Below, in pieces: positions 12,860 through 26,643 of a stretch of DNA of 64,000 bases (positions are counted from its first letter, which is position 1; every line of letters starts with the position of its first letter). The translations under genes and the position numbers were made by a program. Location of the stretch: contig OZ116708.1 of NCBI GenBank assembly GCA_964199315.1, positions 26,288,001 through 26,352,000 on the forward strand, written 5' to 3'. The notes beneath the pieces are model-generated. The model saw only the letters and a program-made list of their open reading frames with translations, had not been told where the DNA came from and did not search any database. Source of the DNA: Orbicella franksi. Its lineage: Eukaryota.

Positions 12860-14998
12860 CTTCAAAACAAAACAAAACAAAACAACGATATCTTAGCTGT
12901 TTACAACAGTTGCTCAAATGAAATGTTTTACTTGTTAAGATGACGGTTTTGCCAACTCTTATGAGACATGAATGGCTCTTCAGTGTCTTCCATCAATTGT
13001 GGGTCGTTGTTACCCGTATCAAGAAAAGCGGGTCCATTTGGCTAACAAAAGGCTTTGTTTTACAGCCCAAAATCAACCTAATATGGCCATTTTTGAACAA
13101 TGGCGGCGGCAGCTTGAAAATGCTCAAGGGACTTTCAAAATTTCTCGAGCGGGAAATTTGAACGATCGTAAAAAGCGAAGTAACTACAAATTCCCCCGAG
13201 GGGAGGTATTACGGGTACAATTTGTTGTGTGTAAATTGTTACGCTGGGGTGGCTGGTAGGGGTCACCATTGCGGCTATCGAAGACTCAGCGTTCCGGCGT
13301 CAACAAAACACAAAACGGCTCCTTTAGGAGCCACCAAATAAAACAAAAGTCAATGACCAACATATCTTCTTCGCCTTGATCCCCTCTTTACTGTGGCATA
13401 CCATCAAGAAACAGTCTTTGGTTCGGGCCCAACTTTTCGCATTAAGCGTTACACGATAGTCCTTTAGTTATTGGTAGCTAGGGATTTTGCCGAAGTTAAC
13501 CGGTAAAGCTCGTGGGTTTTCACTGTGACGCAATAAAAAAATAAACCAAAATCATTTATTTGATTTGTGTTTAGAAATCTTACTGACAACCCGACTGGAA
13601 GAAATATTGGTTGGTAAATTTCGTTGAGGGCACTCTCTATAATTACGCACGCGCTGATGCTTTCAGACTAACAGTGGTAACCACAATGATGGAAAACCAC
13701 TAGTCGGTCTAAATAAATAGATTTTGCAATATTCAATCTTTACAAGCTTAAGATCGGCCAGAGGCCTCCTATGAGGGTTCCATGGTTTGCATCAAATACG
13801 CGGCAGCGTTAAATGGGTTTGGCGTCCCGGTGCAAGTCCTCCCATGCAACCGATCCTAGGGCATTCCGCTCTCAAGCTTTGCGAAACTGGTGAGTTGCGC
13901 CACCACGTAGGTCGGTGAGAAGGGATGTTCCACTGCGGTTTTTTTAGCACTTTATTTAAACAAGGGTTTTACATTCAGTAGCCAGGGTAGTATTCTAAAA
14001 GAGCCCTGCGATAAGTAGATTTTAAATACTAGAATATAAAATTGCAGTCGGACGTGATGAAAATGCTATTTAGCATTCTGTTATTGTTGCTGTTGTTTTT
14101 GTTGTTTGTATGTATTTGAACATTCTGAAACGAACAAACCGGCGAAACGCACGTCCGAAAATTTTACTTTCCGCGTAACGAGAAATAAGCTCCGTCACTT
14201 AATTTGGCTGATTAAACTAAAACCGCGTGCCGTTAAGTATCAGAGTCCTGGCTTCCCTTGATACGCCGCACATGACGTACCCAGACCATGGTTTTTCCTG
14301 ACACGCTGCAACGTACGTATCAGGAACATGGCACTCTCCGACACGTCACGTTTCTTGACACATCACGTTCTGATCTCGGACTCGCCGAGTGTCGAGGAAT
14401 TTCACGGCCACGTAAATTCAACGAAATTACTCATTTCACGCAGTGAAAACTACCGAGCGAAAAACAACTCTTAGCACTGTTCACGCTTTTTCAGTAGTGA
14501 GGCAAACAGAAAGGCATAGGAGCTTGAAAAATAGGAGGCACAAAGAAACTGGATGCGTGTTTACAGAAGTGTGCAAAGTAAGCTTAATGTTCAACTTGTT
14601 GTGAACGATCATGTCCGCTTTCCACAGGCAACGAAAAAAAATCCCAAGAAACTCTACGATCACTTGGTAATATTTTGCTTGCACTAATGATAACTGAGTT
14701 GCGTAAACTTTTGCTCTTTCGGAGGCCGCTGTTTTTTTCACTTTTTAATTAGGTAAAAACAAAACCGTTAATCGACTTTTAGAAATCGCGCTTGTTTCTT
14801 TTCTTTTGACTTACGCCGCCTGCTTTGGACGCGACAAACAAAGAAACGAAGCGTCGTGCACAGTGACCGCTTTTTCTCTTGTCTGATATTATCACAACGA
14901 TAAACTAAGTCAAAAAATTTATGAAGGCCAAATTTATTAACACATAGAAATATATTACATCAATCACTCCTCCTCAACTTCCGTTCTTCTCCCGGCCG

Positions 14999-15037
14999 TT
15001 TAAGTTTAAGTTTAAGTTTAAGTTTAAGTTTAAGTTC
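14999..15037. repeat. (TTTAAG)n microsatellite
   Basis: About 6 tandem hexamers. Confidence 0.85.
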
Positions 15038-15141
15038 AATAATACTTTGTCATGCTAGTACAAGTAAATAAATCATTTTATCTTTTGCCAAGTTAAAGCG
15101 ATATAAAAGCGAACATTGCCAATCAAACTTGTAAGCTAATG

Positions 15142-15632
15142 CTTATTCCAAACGTCGTGCTACTGCAGTGACGAACTCAAATGAATTTGGCCCAGTAGTG
15201 GTATGACAACTTAAGAACGGCAGTGGTTTCAAACGTCGAATTTAATTCAGTCGCCGAGGATGGGACGAAGTTTGCCTTGCTTAAGACCATTTTAAATGAT
15301 AGAAAGCAACGGCAGCTGGTACAGGCTACGAATTCAGTTCGGCCCTGCAAGAGCACGTCGTTTGAAGCCAAGTCGCGACACGGCAAGGCCTGCTGTGCTA
15401 AGTAATTCAGCTTGCCGAACTGAATGGTTTCAAACGTCACACACACACTTTATTATTTTCAATTTATATTTTACAAAAAAAGGGCATGCCCGCAACTAGC
15501 AAAGGCTAATCTAGGCGGACCATGCTTTAATAGCGGATTACAAAAATATACGTTGTGCAACTGTCGTGCTTAAGTCAAATTAAGTTCTTGAATTTAGTTC
15601 GGCAGGGCAGTGGTACGACGTTTGGAATAGGC
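15142..15632. mobile_element. MITE, about 490 bp, with imperfect TIRs of about 40 bp
   Basis: TATTCCAAACGTCGTGCTACTGC at the left end versus the reverse complement of the right end, TATTCCAAACGTCGTACCACTGC. Confidence 0.65.
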
Positions 15633-18417
15633 CTAAAGCTCTTACTTTATTCAGGGATGAGAGTCTGGCCGATACTCATACAGCCGGTCAAGTGTCCCTT
15701 TGGGCTCCCCCGGTGGAAATTGATCTTGTGATAACAAAAATTACACTTCTCACTCCTCTAAGGTAGTTAATTTGTCATGCCGACAATTTTTCCGATGAGC
15801 ACAAGTTTTCTCGCTAAGCTTCGGAAAAGAACTCGGCGCTTCTAATAACAAAAGGGCTATTGTTCAGGTTTAACAAAAGGGCTATTGTTTATGTTAAATC
15901 ACCAAAACGGACCCACTACAATAGACCATTTCTTGATACGCCCAGTCATCTAGGAATGGTGGGTGAACACGAAAACGTTTCAGCGACTAGAACAACGTTT
16001 TTCCTGGAGTTTGCCCGTCACAGTCCTCAAAACCATATATTATTAGTAGGCTTCAGTGATTTCGTTGACTTGGAAAAGAACTCATAAGACCGAGTCGAAA
16101 GCCACGGCCAAAACATTTGATGCATACTTAATACGTAAACACGTATACTTCCCCCCGAAGAAAGGCCCGATTCGGCCTCTCTCCTGAAGATCGGTCAAGC
16201 GCAATGTATCCTTTAATTAGGTCAGTAAGATGTTTTGGCAAATATTTAAGTTTTATGGCGGTTAATATGTCAGAAATCAAATCTTACGGAAGTAATCAAA
16301 CTTAATTCACCGGGCTAGAAAATATGGAAAACCTCCAGCCAATACATACTGATTTTAGTATCGAAACGACGTTTAAAAAATTGTAAAACGTATCGAAGAA
16401 AAGTTTAATAAGGAACAAATTAAACTGTGGTATTAATTAAGCTTTACAAAAACAGCTTCTTCTAGTTCTCTCATCCACACGGAAATGCCAGTTTTGAGCT
16501 TATTTTGTTAATAAAACATTCCCTCTGAATAAAGCATTATTAAAGATAAGCCTTAGAGCTAGAGCACCATGCAGTTACTATGTGCAAAAAGAATAACCGG
16601 AAAAAAATCGGCAATATTAAAGACAATATAAATAATAACGACTTCATCAGAAATTCATTTCTTGCCTGCCAGTTTCCACTTAATGTGCTATCGCCGAAGA
16701 CTCGTCAATTTCTTGCGAACTGCAGGGCACGACGAAGGAACCAATGCTCCTAGAGGAACCCATGAATATTTGCTGTTAAGTCCGTTCCGAGGATGAGAAA
16801 ATAATGATATAAGCTTAAAATATCTCCCAAGAGAAGAAGCAGCGCAAACTGCGTTGTATCTACTACCTCCAGTTGATCAAGAATTGCCTTCAGTCAGCCT
16901 AACCTGTTCGTTTTCAACCGTTAGCACGTGCACAAAACGTGCAATGCACTACAAAGGGGCTTTCTGATTGGCGTATTGGGTCTGACGCGTCTGAACAAAA
17001 CACGCATCTTTAGTTCTGCGGTTTGCGGCAGTCTATGGAACGATCAATAGTATACGAAATCGCATAACGAAGAGTCACGGTGTGTGAGTATTACAGTGGT
17101 TTCCACGTCATCAAACCACACGATGACGCCATAAAAACAACTGAGAAGACATTTTCAAAGAACTGATTTTCAAGTATAAGAAATATTGGTTGTTATTACG
17201 CAGATGATTTGTTTTTTTTTTCCGATCTGTGTTTGTTGTTTGTAGTCTGTAATAAAGCATTTCGCGATCAGCGAATCGCAACTGATTGCAGTTTAAATTC
17301 TGTGGTAGAGCTTTGAGTGTTTTCCTGAAAGTTATAACTCTTTTATTTTTGACAGTGGCAAGTGATACGTGAGGCCAAGATCTAAGAATTTTTTTCTGTG
17401 CTGGTCTATCATATCTGACACCATATCGGCTCCATATTAAAAGATAAATTACAATATTTAGAGTGGAGGCCACATCAGCCTTAGCTGATTTGCAATATCG
17501 TATCTAACGTGGCCTCCGTACAAACTGTATTTCATATTTTCATTTAACAGTTATTCACCAACCTTCACTGGGCCTGGGGCGAATAATTGTTTTAGTATGA
17601 TTTTCAGGACTACAAAATAACGGACTAAAACATAAAAACACAGACGCAATTGTTCGTGTGCATACACGTATGCCGGCAGCCGTAGTTTTAATAAAAAGCT
17701 TACATGTACATCGATTGCGAATCAATTTACTCATGGAGTTCGGCAGTAAAACAAACAAGCGAAACACTACGATTTATTGGACTTAGTTAATTACTCAGAG
17801 GGGAATTCAGGTCACTCGTTTCATAGTCGAAAGGGAACCTGGTAATTTTTACCGTAAAGAGAGAAATACAGGTTAAAGACTTTTTAGTCATACATGAAAG
17901 TGAAATACTTTCCGGCTGGAATCAGAAGACATGCACACCGCCGCCACGCGTAAGCCCCCCCCCCCCAACCCCCCCACCCCCGCATTACCATTTTTGAGCG
18001 CGGTTTGTGGGAATTGACTGTCGATGACAATTTCACGTCTAAGGGGAATTTGTCTTGCGATTGCCGACTATTCTAGCCCGTTCTCAGGCCGAAACAGACT
18101 GATATATTTTTGTTCCAACCCATCAACTATGTTTGCATTAAACAGTCATGACCCTCATTTTCCTTACCCGCATTTTCACTTGCTTATAACATCAGTGGCA
18201 CCGGTCACATGTTTTCCCGCGCTTTGCATCAGTAGTACCGGTTACACGTTTTCCCGCGCTCGGCACCGATCACAATTTTTTTTCTAGCGCTTGCCTCTTG
18301 TTTTGCTGTTATTAAATGATTGAGTTATTCGCCTTGCTCTTACTATTAGTGGGTGATTACTGAGTTGGTGGTACAAAAGGTCAACAATCGATAGAGGCTC
18401 CGTCCCAAAACAAAGCG

Positions 18418-18704
18418 AGGTCTCACCAACTACGCAGGAGGAATTTAAGACCACAAAAATCATCGGTGATTTTGGATTTGTGTTTGTGGAAAACGCGGGC
18501 AGGACAGGGAAACCAAATTATAATCGTGACTACATCGTATTCGAAAACCTTCGTTTTCAAAATGGTTTCCGTCCACACGAAAACGAAGAGCCGGCATTTT
18601 CAAATTCCTACGGTTTGAAGCCAAGCGTTTCCGAAAAGCTCCGTTTTCGTGACGGATTAGTGTAGACGTTTTGAAATCCCTCCGGCGCAGTGTGGACGGG
18701 GGCT
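18418..18704. mobile_element. MITE-like interspersed repeat
   Basis: Ends in GCAGTGTGGACGGGG; degenerate inverted left end; internal GAAAACG-rich motifs. Confidence 0.55.
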
Positions 18705-20702
18705 GAAGCTCTTGCGCGCAGAATCCCACTAACTACGCAGGCCAAGGTCAAGAATTTCTTACCACACCAACAATAGTCTAACAAAAGCAGCAATATTTTT
18801 TTTATTAGAACTACAGTTTCAAAGAACATTCTCCTTAGTCTGATATAGACGTGTGCTCTAACAAAGAATCATGATCAATGACTGATTGACTAAACGAGCT
18901 AAAAACCGTAACTCTAAACAATAATGTAAAAGGTAAAGTCTGCATACGAGCCAAGAGGCCCATCAAACAATAATGTAATGTTATATTATTTACATAATGA
19001 AACACAGCGTTTGATATAAATATGGATACACGGGTAAAAAAAGCACTCTACAAACGAAGCAATTCGTTCCACAACATATAGTGGAAAAATACCGTCCTAG
19101 TCTGAAAATTTTCGACTATTTAACACGTACAAGGTGTTTTCCAAAGAGCATTACCAATAAGCTCGAAATACTTTCTTATTAAATGTTTACTGAAAGGCAA
19201 GAGAAAATACATACCTTTATTATCCAACTGCAGAGAATACCAGTTCAAATATACAGCGATATTGTACAGTTATTTGTACAATAGAAAACCTGTTTGCCGT
19301 ACAGGTCGGCGCGCACACGCAAAACTGTCACACTCTCCCTCTTTCATTGATAAAGTTATTGACTACAGCGGTTGGATAATAAATCTCTTATTAGATGCTT
19401 TGGTGTGTAGTATCGCTTTATATTTTTACTCGTTGTTTGTAGGGCTCCTCAAAATACAGCGCAACTCGTAAAAATATACAGCGATATCACACACCAAAAC
19501 ATGTAATAAGATATATCGCTTTGTACAAGGCCAGGCGATTATTTCTAAAGTAAAATATCAGTAGTAAATAAAAAATAAAACAAAAAAAATAACAAATTAA
19601 TCTGATAACCCTTACTTCTTTTTTCATCCTTTGCTACCTTTCTATTTTATTTACTTTTTCCTAATTTTCTATTGTAATCTATTTATTAATAAAAACGTTT
19701 GTAATGAGATCTTGATAGACTGGCCCGCCTAGACTAGCACTAGCTATCTGCGGGCCAGGCTAAATGTAAAAAATGTAAATTGGAACGAAAGTAAAAATTG
19801 ATTAATTGATTATGCAGATTGCCCAATATCAATATTTTCCAAATTGAAATCTGGATTCTTTCGTTAAAGTGTGCGTTTCTGGTAGTGAGCGGGTTAATTT
19901 TCAAAAAAAACAAAACAAAAAAACACAGGCTTATTTTAAGGCTACTTTAAAAGCAACTACAGGCCACCGAAAAAAAACGCCTAATGTGAACCAGAGAATT
20001 GCAGGCTTGCACTTAATGGACACACTTTGAAAGACTGCTGTTATAGTCATCAATTAAAACTCTTGTAAGATGTCAGAAAGAGAGAGTGTCTAATCGTTTT
20101 TTCGACTTTTTCATACCATTCCTGAAACCATAGCGCACGAATTAAAGTCATGATCAGTGAAAGCTCTGCCGAGGTTAAAAAATAACGATAAATTGCCATC
20201 TATAGTTGATCTAAAATATTGATGAATTCTATATTTATGACGATAAAAAGTCTAGTTTTAAGAGTGGACCATGATGACTCTTGATTTCTTAAGTTTGTAC
20301 ATTGGCTAAAAACAACCATAGCAACTAAACATTTCCAGGTGCTCGGTCACACTGTCTAATTAAGTAGTAACTCGGAGACATTTTTAAACGTCGAATACTA
20401 AAAAACTGTAGAAAAGCACAACAGTAAAACCAAAAAGTAGTTAAATTGAGGGAAAATGGTCCAAACTGGACAAGATTGATCCCAAATACATTGAGTTAAC
20501 TTTGCGCCGGTTTTGTTCGGCCGATAAATTGATCATTAGGCGAGTCCGACTTGCAAAATGTACCACAGTACAACTAACAAAAAAAAAAAATCGAAGATTG
20601 ACTACTGAGTATGCTGTTCCCGAACAGGTGTGGCAATGGTTTTATGAAATTGCCCTAGTTTCTTACTTCTTTACCATGAATGCGAAACTCATTAACAGCA
20701 AA

Positions 20703-21219
20703 CTATGATAAGTGGGACTGAACCTGAATTTTAACCAGCATGGTGTTATTTTGTATGAATGGTTCAGCACAAATCTGATCAATGGGGGCAAACAGCTCAA
20801 AACCGCACCCAATCTGACTGCACCTGGCTGTGGGTTTTCTGAAGGCCAACAGCTTTGGCGATGCAACCAGCATTTGAGTGATATCTTTAGGATCTTTGGC
20901 AGCGCTTTGATCCAGAACTGACAGAGTGATGACACCAGTGAATGGCCAAGCCAGCCTGTTATCGCATTCACCCTGCATCATGTGAACAAAGATTGCCACA
21001 TGGGTGCCAATTCCAGTATTCACACCATTGAGGTGCATTCTGATGCAGAACGTGTACCCATCAGGACTGGTGTAAATCGCTGGACTGAACTGTGCAACCA
21101 TAGCTCCAGTGATGGCATCTTGACGACGCTGTTGGAAATGCTTTATTTTCCATTGGTAAGTGCCGCGGCACATCCGCGCCTCAATCTGGCTTATTATGGC
21201 CTCATCAAATAAACGCAAC
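20703..21219 (-). CDS. TRAF6: TRAF6-like cassette 2, terminal MATH exon
   Basis: Phase-2 acceptor ttttcag|. MCRGTYQWKIKHF...SPAIYTSPDGY...HMMQGECD...WPFTGVITLSVLDQS...PKLLAFRKPT. Confidence 0.9.
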
Positions 21220-21472
21220 CTGAAAATTTAATATCAACAAAGGTTCTTAACGATTCTTTAAAACAGACAAGATCTCCAAGATCCCTTAGATCATTTTTTA
21301 AGGGTAAAATCAAACTCATGCAATGCTAACCTTATACATATGAGAGGTAAATCTACTAACACTTATCTTCTAAAATTTCTATCAATTGCTCCCTAGCTGT
21401 TTCTTGCACGAAAGCATATTTCCGAATGGAAATGGTTTCGTATTGACCAAAAAAACGGCTACTTTGAAAGAC

Positions 21473-22226
21473 ATATACAGGCAAAAACTAACGATAGACA
21501 AATCCGACGTTTCGGCGACATCTTGGCGCCATTGTCAAGGGAAACTAATTAAATATACGATTTCAAGAGTAACTAAGAGTCAGAATTACTAATTTGCATA
21601 AGCAAGACAAAGACTTTAGCGCGAACTGAGTCTGATTGTACCTTTAAACACGGTCGTAATTGTTTAATGAGTGACATCTCATTAATGAGACAATCAAACT
21701 TGTGGCATTTTTTCAACACGCTAAAACAATTGCGAAGGTCATCCGGAATCCTGCCTGCGTGTCTATTATCATAGTGATTGCGTACTGACGAGGTCTTGCT
21801 TCTATGTCCATCAACGCGTACGAACAGATGGCCAAGGGTGTAACCGACATAACCAGCATCGCACTGGTCACACTTGAAGTTATACACAACGCATTGTTGA
21901 TCAATGAGCTGAGGCTTAGGTTCGCTTGTCGGGAACTCCTGGGCAATCTTGCGGCTCGTAAACACCGGTTGAACACTAGTCTGCAGCTTCACACTGAGAT
22001 CTTTTAACTGTGTCTTCACGATATTAGCAGACTCCTGGTCTTTAAAGGGTATGACAACCCGAGTAGTGTTTGTCTGTCGAGTAGTGTTTGTCTTAGTGTT
22101 TGTCTTACTCTTGAAATCGCATATTTAATTAGTTTCCCTTGACAATGGCGCCAAGATGTCGCCGAAACGTCGGATTTGTCTATAGTTAGTTTTTGCCTGT
22201 ATATGTTTATCTAAATCATTGTCGAT
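21473..22226 (-). mobile_element. Truncated Penelope-like retroelement (GIY-YIG endonuclease) in the GC-AG intron
   Basis: ORF 21573-22019 (VVYNFKCDQCDAGYVGYT...RVDGH...LINEMSLIKQLRP) is a PLE-type GIY-YIG. 102-bp inverted repeats at 21471-21572 and 22105-22206 (2 mismatches). Direct repeat TACTTTGAAAGAC at 21460-21472 and 22227-22239. Confidence 0.9.
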
Positions 22227-22392
22227 TACTTTGAAAGACGCATCTACTATTAGCAGTAAGGAACATACAAAGCATGCAGCGTTTCTCAAAACTTAGAGCC
22301 CGGAACAACGATCAAAGTAAGTCCTTAAATCTTAAACAAAAGATTACCGGCAAAAATAAGGCCAATGTACAATTTCCGAAATTACTACTCGC

Positions 22393-22874
22393 CTGCGAAG
22401 GGTTTCATTTGATAACTGCTGCAATTCTTGTGTGCCGCAGCAATTCTCAGTGATTTGTTCCCTCTGCTGAGTGGAAGTCACTCTATCTTGCAAACCATAT
22501 CCACAATGATATCCATGGTTTGATCCCCGCTCTTCAACAGGGACATTCAATCTATTGTGGAACTGACCACCTTGTGGTATTGTCGTCCGGCCACCAGCTT
22601 GACGAATTCTTGCAAAACTCTGACTCCATCCACTTGCCTGGTTATCATCTTCACGCTGGCAGGGTAGCTGGTGGTGTCCACACTGATAGTAGGGCCTTGC
22701 AGCTCCTTCTTCCTCGACATAGTGAGAACTTCCACTTGCCCCGGGGTCACAAACCCCCAGATGGAAGTGTGAGTGCTGTTCTTGTATTGGGATTACTAGC
22801 TGTTGAGTTTGTGCTGTGTCATGGGACTCTTCAATGGGGAGACCTGCGTCACCATGTTGATCACCAATTCCTTG
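22393..22874 (-). CDS. TRAF6-like cassette 2, linker exon
   Basis: 482 nt, phase 0 to 2; acceptor cttcag|; donor AG|GCGAGT. Motifs PIEES, PIQEQ and PVEER. Confidence 0.8.
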
Positions 22875-23275
22875 CTGAAGAAGGATGTTTAAAGTTACAT
22901 AAAACAACAAACACTGGCTGGTATCGCGTGATAATAAGGGGTGGAACTTTATGCAGGTCTAAAATCATACACGACAATTTTTTAGTCCAGTTACGGTTGG
23001 TTTGCTCAGCACTACAAACATTGCCAGACTTGGTGAGTTGCAGAAAGCAAATCTAGTTTAAAAAAAAAAAAAAATTAACAGTCACCCGTCAAGAACGCAA
23101 TATTTTTGTCTATTTTTGTTGTGTATAGACTTGCAGTATTAGCTATTTATTGTATACTATTAGTGTTCAGTTCTCTACGCTCACAACCATTTTACGCAAG
23201 ATTGTCATTGATTAAAGTTCGCATAACTAACCGCACGGCAGTAGTTGACATATAATGAGGGCTTTTTTTACACAC

Positions 23276-23327
23276 CTCTGCCTCTATTAACGGCTGGTCA
23301 TCAATAGGGCATCTTGAGTTATTCCTC
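23276..23327 (-). CDS. TRAF6: TRAF6-like cassette 2, RING-tail exon (RNNSRCPIDDQPLIEAE)
   Basis: ttttttgaag|...GAG|gtgtgt, 52 nt, phase 2 to 0. Confidence 0.85.
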
Positions 23328-23438
23328 CTTCAAAAAAAGTTAAGAAATTATACTACTGTCACCAAGGTAAACATATTAAAGTTATTCAGTATCAAATATC
23401 ATTTTGGAAGGTAATAAAACCACTTTCAATATCCCAAT

Positions 23439-23725
23439 GGGAGGTGCGTTGGCCTCATGGTTAGCACGTTCGACTCCGGATCGGACGTGACGGGTTCGAA
23501 CCCTGGCAGGCGACATTGTGTTGTGTTCTTGGGTAAGACACCTGAATCTCACAGTCCCTCTTCACCCAGGTGTATAAATGAGTACCGGCGAATTTAATGC
23601 TGGGTGTAGCCCTGCGATGGACTAGCATCCTATCCAGGGAGGAATAGAGATACTCCTAGTCGCTTCACGCTGCAGAAACCGGGATAAGCTCCGGCCTGAT
23701 GAGCCACTTGGCTCGTATGCAGACT
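23439..23725 (+). mobile_element. tRNA-derived SINE, apparently full length
   Basis: A box TGGCCTCATGG, B box GGTTCGAACCC, ends GGCTCGTATGCAGACT. AATATCC on both sides is a possible TSD. A 3' fragment of the same family lies on the minus strand at about 18928-18965. Confidence 0.8.
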
Positions 23726-24189
23726 AATATCCTTATTAACCACAAATATTGATTTTCTGTACACTAGGATATTATACACTCAAGGTCCTCGCTACACTCA
23801 ATCGATTTTTTTCTCTAACAAGGCCTTAAACTGAGTTCCTCTCGCACCTTATTTTCCGCATCTGAAAGAAGGTTTTGCATGGACATCTGAGGCCACAGCA
23901 GGTCTGTACCGGGATCGAAGTTCCAAAGCAAAAGTGGACCGGTTCGTTTTCAAGAATTCATCGATCTGTGACCGGTTGAGTATTTATAAGCCAGTTTTCG
24001 GTGTAATCTTACCCCGATCGACTACCTCAAGTAATCTGTGTACGAACCGCGAGTGCGGTTCCTTAAATAATATTCAAAAACTTCCTGAACTTAGTGTGAC
24101 GTACAGTTATAAATAGACCGAGTTGTCACATAGGCTTGTTTTTGAGGCAGTCCGGTAGATCTATACATCATAACGTGGCGTTATACAAA

Positions 24190-24590
24190 TTCAAACTAGC
24201 GATAAATATAGACTGAGTTGTCACAAAGGCTTGTTTACAGCTCCGCGATATCGTTTTGTAATGGGCTAAAAGCGGAAGTTACCGGCTTTGAGACGTTAGG
24301 CAGTCTGTTTATCGATACGTCTTGGCGTGACATTCTAGAAAATTCAGAACTTTCTAGAAATTCAAACCAGCGATAAATATAGACTGAGTTGTCACAAAGG
24401 CTTGTTTACAGCTCCGCGATATCCTTTTGTAATGGGCTAAAAGCGGAACTTACCGGCTTTGAGACGTTAGGCAGTCTGTTTATCGAGACGCCTTGGCGTG
24501 ACATTCTAGAAAATTCAGAACAGTTTAGTTATGAGTTGTCAGAGGCTTGTTTACGGCTCCGCAATATCCGTTTGTGATAGGTTAAAGCAG
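24190..24590. repeat. Tandem duplication of about 170 bp (two near-identical copies plus partials)
   Basis: GCGATAAATATAGACTGAGTTGTCACAAAGGCTTG...CATTCTAGAAAATTCAGAAC is repeated. Confidence 0.85.
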
Positions 24591-26511
24591 AAATACCTTT
24601 GTGAGGTTGTCTGTAGGTAGATCGACACGTAGATCGATGACGTCTTCACGCCCAAATTTCCAAAATGCGCGGTAGAAGTCGATCAGAAGTCTAACAACTT
24701 TCAGTTCTATTTACAAAATTTGTTTCTTCATTTACAGTGCCCCAATTAGCACTGCAATGCTTACGTCACGCACTCGTATGTAAATGGTTCACAATTGTCC
24801 ATTGATGTGCGACGTCACTGGGTGGCATTACACAACACCGAATTCAGACTTTCAGACACAGTCGTCCTTCTCCGCACGCCCACACACCTCTCATAACACG
24901 TCTGACATACATTTCAGACTTTCAAGGTTTTACAGTAACTTAGTCATTCTTCAAGTACTGCTGTGTTTTTTAAACTCAGAGCGCATTGAATTTAACTCGA
25001 ACGTTGAATAACTGTGGAGTAAAGGACAGACAGACGTCGCCGCCCACGCATCCGTGATTGTTTACAGAGTTACAACTAGTGACGAGTTTGAGTTTTACGT
25101 TCAAGGTGGATCGAGGATGATTGCAGCTCGGAATCTGATAATGTCTCATCAAGCCGTTAGCTTTCGTACTTGTCTGCGACATCACTAACGTTAACTCTAC
25201 TGCCGTCACGAGCAGTGTGGCGAGGGTGGTAGCTTTTAATAAGAGTCGACTCTATTCAAAGGCTTTCTGGACGCGATCTCGGCCTCGCTTGATTTCCCCG
25301 ATAGCCCGTCTTCTAGCTTCTTGTACCAACGGATTGTGATTTATCTGGCCTGTTACTGAGGAAAACTTCGAAGTGGACCAATTTTCAAGTATGTACATTT
25401 GTCACTTATTTGTATTTTTGCACGATATTAATTAAAAGTCTAAGATCTGTTTAGATGTCTTGGTAATTGATCTGATGGAATGCTCCGGTAATTGAGTTTT
25501 GTTCGTACCTTGCGTGTCAGTTGGTTTGATCGCGGGGGAAAGTGTTGCTTCATGGATTAGCTATAGTAGTATAAATAGATGGCGGAACACTGACTTTCAC
25601 GAGATTCTCGGCGGTTTGTTCTATGGCGTGTTCAAATAGCTCTACGCTACATGACCTACATGTCTATAACTAAACCATTTTCAGAAAATGTTTCGTTGCT
25701 ATTTGGTCTCATTAAAAGTGTGTGTACCGGCTGTTATATTCAAACTGAATAATTCAACATTAACAAAAGCAGGAGCCGATGGCCAAGTTAATGACTCGTT
25801 AATACATACTCAAACTGGTTAGATCTTTGCACTGAATCTAGTAGGTATCAAACAAGCCACTCTCTGAGATCACTGTATTTGGTTGAGTCTTTGCCAGCTC
25901 GACACTGACACATACCAGCTTATGTAAACATGAAAACCCACTCTGAAATTTCAATTCTGTGTCGATCATCATGACCACGGCTTCAGAGCAAACTAATTCA
26001 GTGCTCCAAGAGCCTGGGGCCCGGTAAATCAGTGATTTACGATAATAAGCAGTGAACAAATTCAACTGGAATAGGTAATTTTGAACGTTCTGGTTTTACA
26101 CAAGTTTTAGATTTCCTGAATTTGTGAGGAAAACAAATTTACTTATTAATTTAAAGTCTACTTTTAGAGAGCGCTGAATTCAGAAATTGGTCAGTAACCT
26201 CTGAAGTGAAATAATTTGTTATTATTGCATTGTGTTGACACCGAAATCGAACGTGCCTTTCTTCATCGTAGTCTTCACTCAATGAACTTAAAAAATTGAA
26301 CATGCCAGTGCCAAATAGAATCTTTTCAAGATTGATTTGGTATCGGAAGTATCATATCTCAGTAACGATTAGACTCGGAATGTCTCGGTATCGTCTGCTT
26401 ATTCGTGTGGATCGAAACAGATTGTCAGCGGGGCACAGAGCCTGAGTTTTCGAGGTGTGTTCGGAGGCGGGGGTGTATAACAATTTGAACAAAACAGAAA
26501 TATGTGTAGCC

Positions 26512-26643
26512 ATGATTGATCATAGCAGTTATAAACACAACTTAAGCAGTTGCCTGAAAAAAAAATTCAGGCCTTGAACGGGATCGAACCCATGACCTCT
26601 GCGATTCCTGTGCAGTGCTGCACCAACTGAGCTATCAAGCCAA
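26512..26643 (-). mobile_element. tRNA-derived SINE, second family
   Basis: Minus strand GGCTTGATAGCTCAGTTGG...GGGTTCGATCCCG followed by a non-tRNA tail. A related 3' part occurs at about 56.9-57.1 kb. Confidence 0.75.

Noticed and set aside
12920-13060. Possible private first exon for cassette 1 (MEDTEEPF...NK, ending AA|gtaaaa, phase 2)
   Set aside because: In phase, but it has no RING residues, a weak donor and no counterpart in other cassettes. Cannot be excluded without RNA data.
15670-15760. KCNFCY...GHLTGCM text resembling a RING relic
   Set aside because: The motifs are in different frames, interrupted by stops, with no wider similarity to the V exons.
22520-23056. Plus-strand ORFs overlapping TRAF exons (also 10211, 20712, 50173, 50554, 62024, 62199, 62540)
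   Set aside because: Antisense shadows of real minus-strand exons, with no domain signal.
26570-26643. tRNA gene (also 23439-23510)
   Set aside because: A and B boxes are present, but I could not form a clean cloverleaf and each continues into a SINE body.
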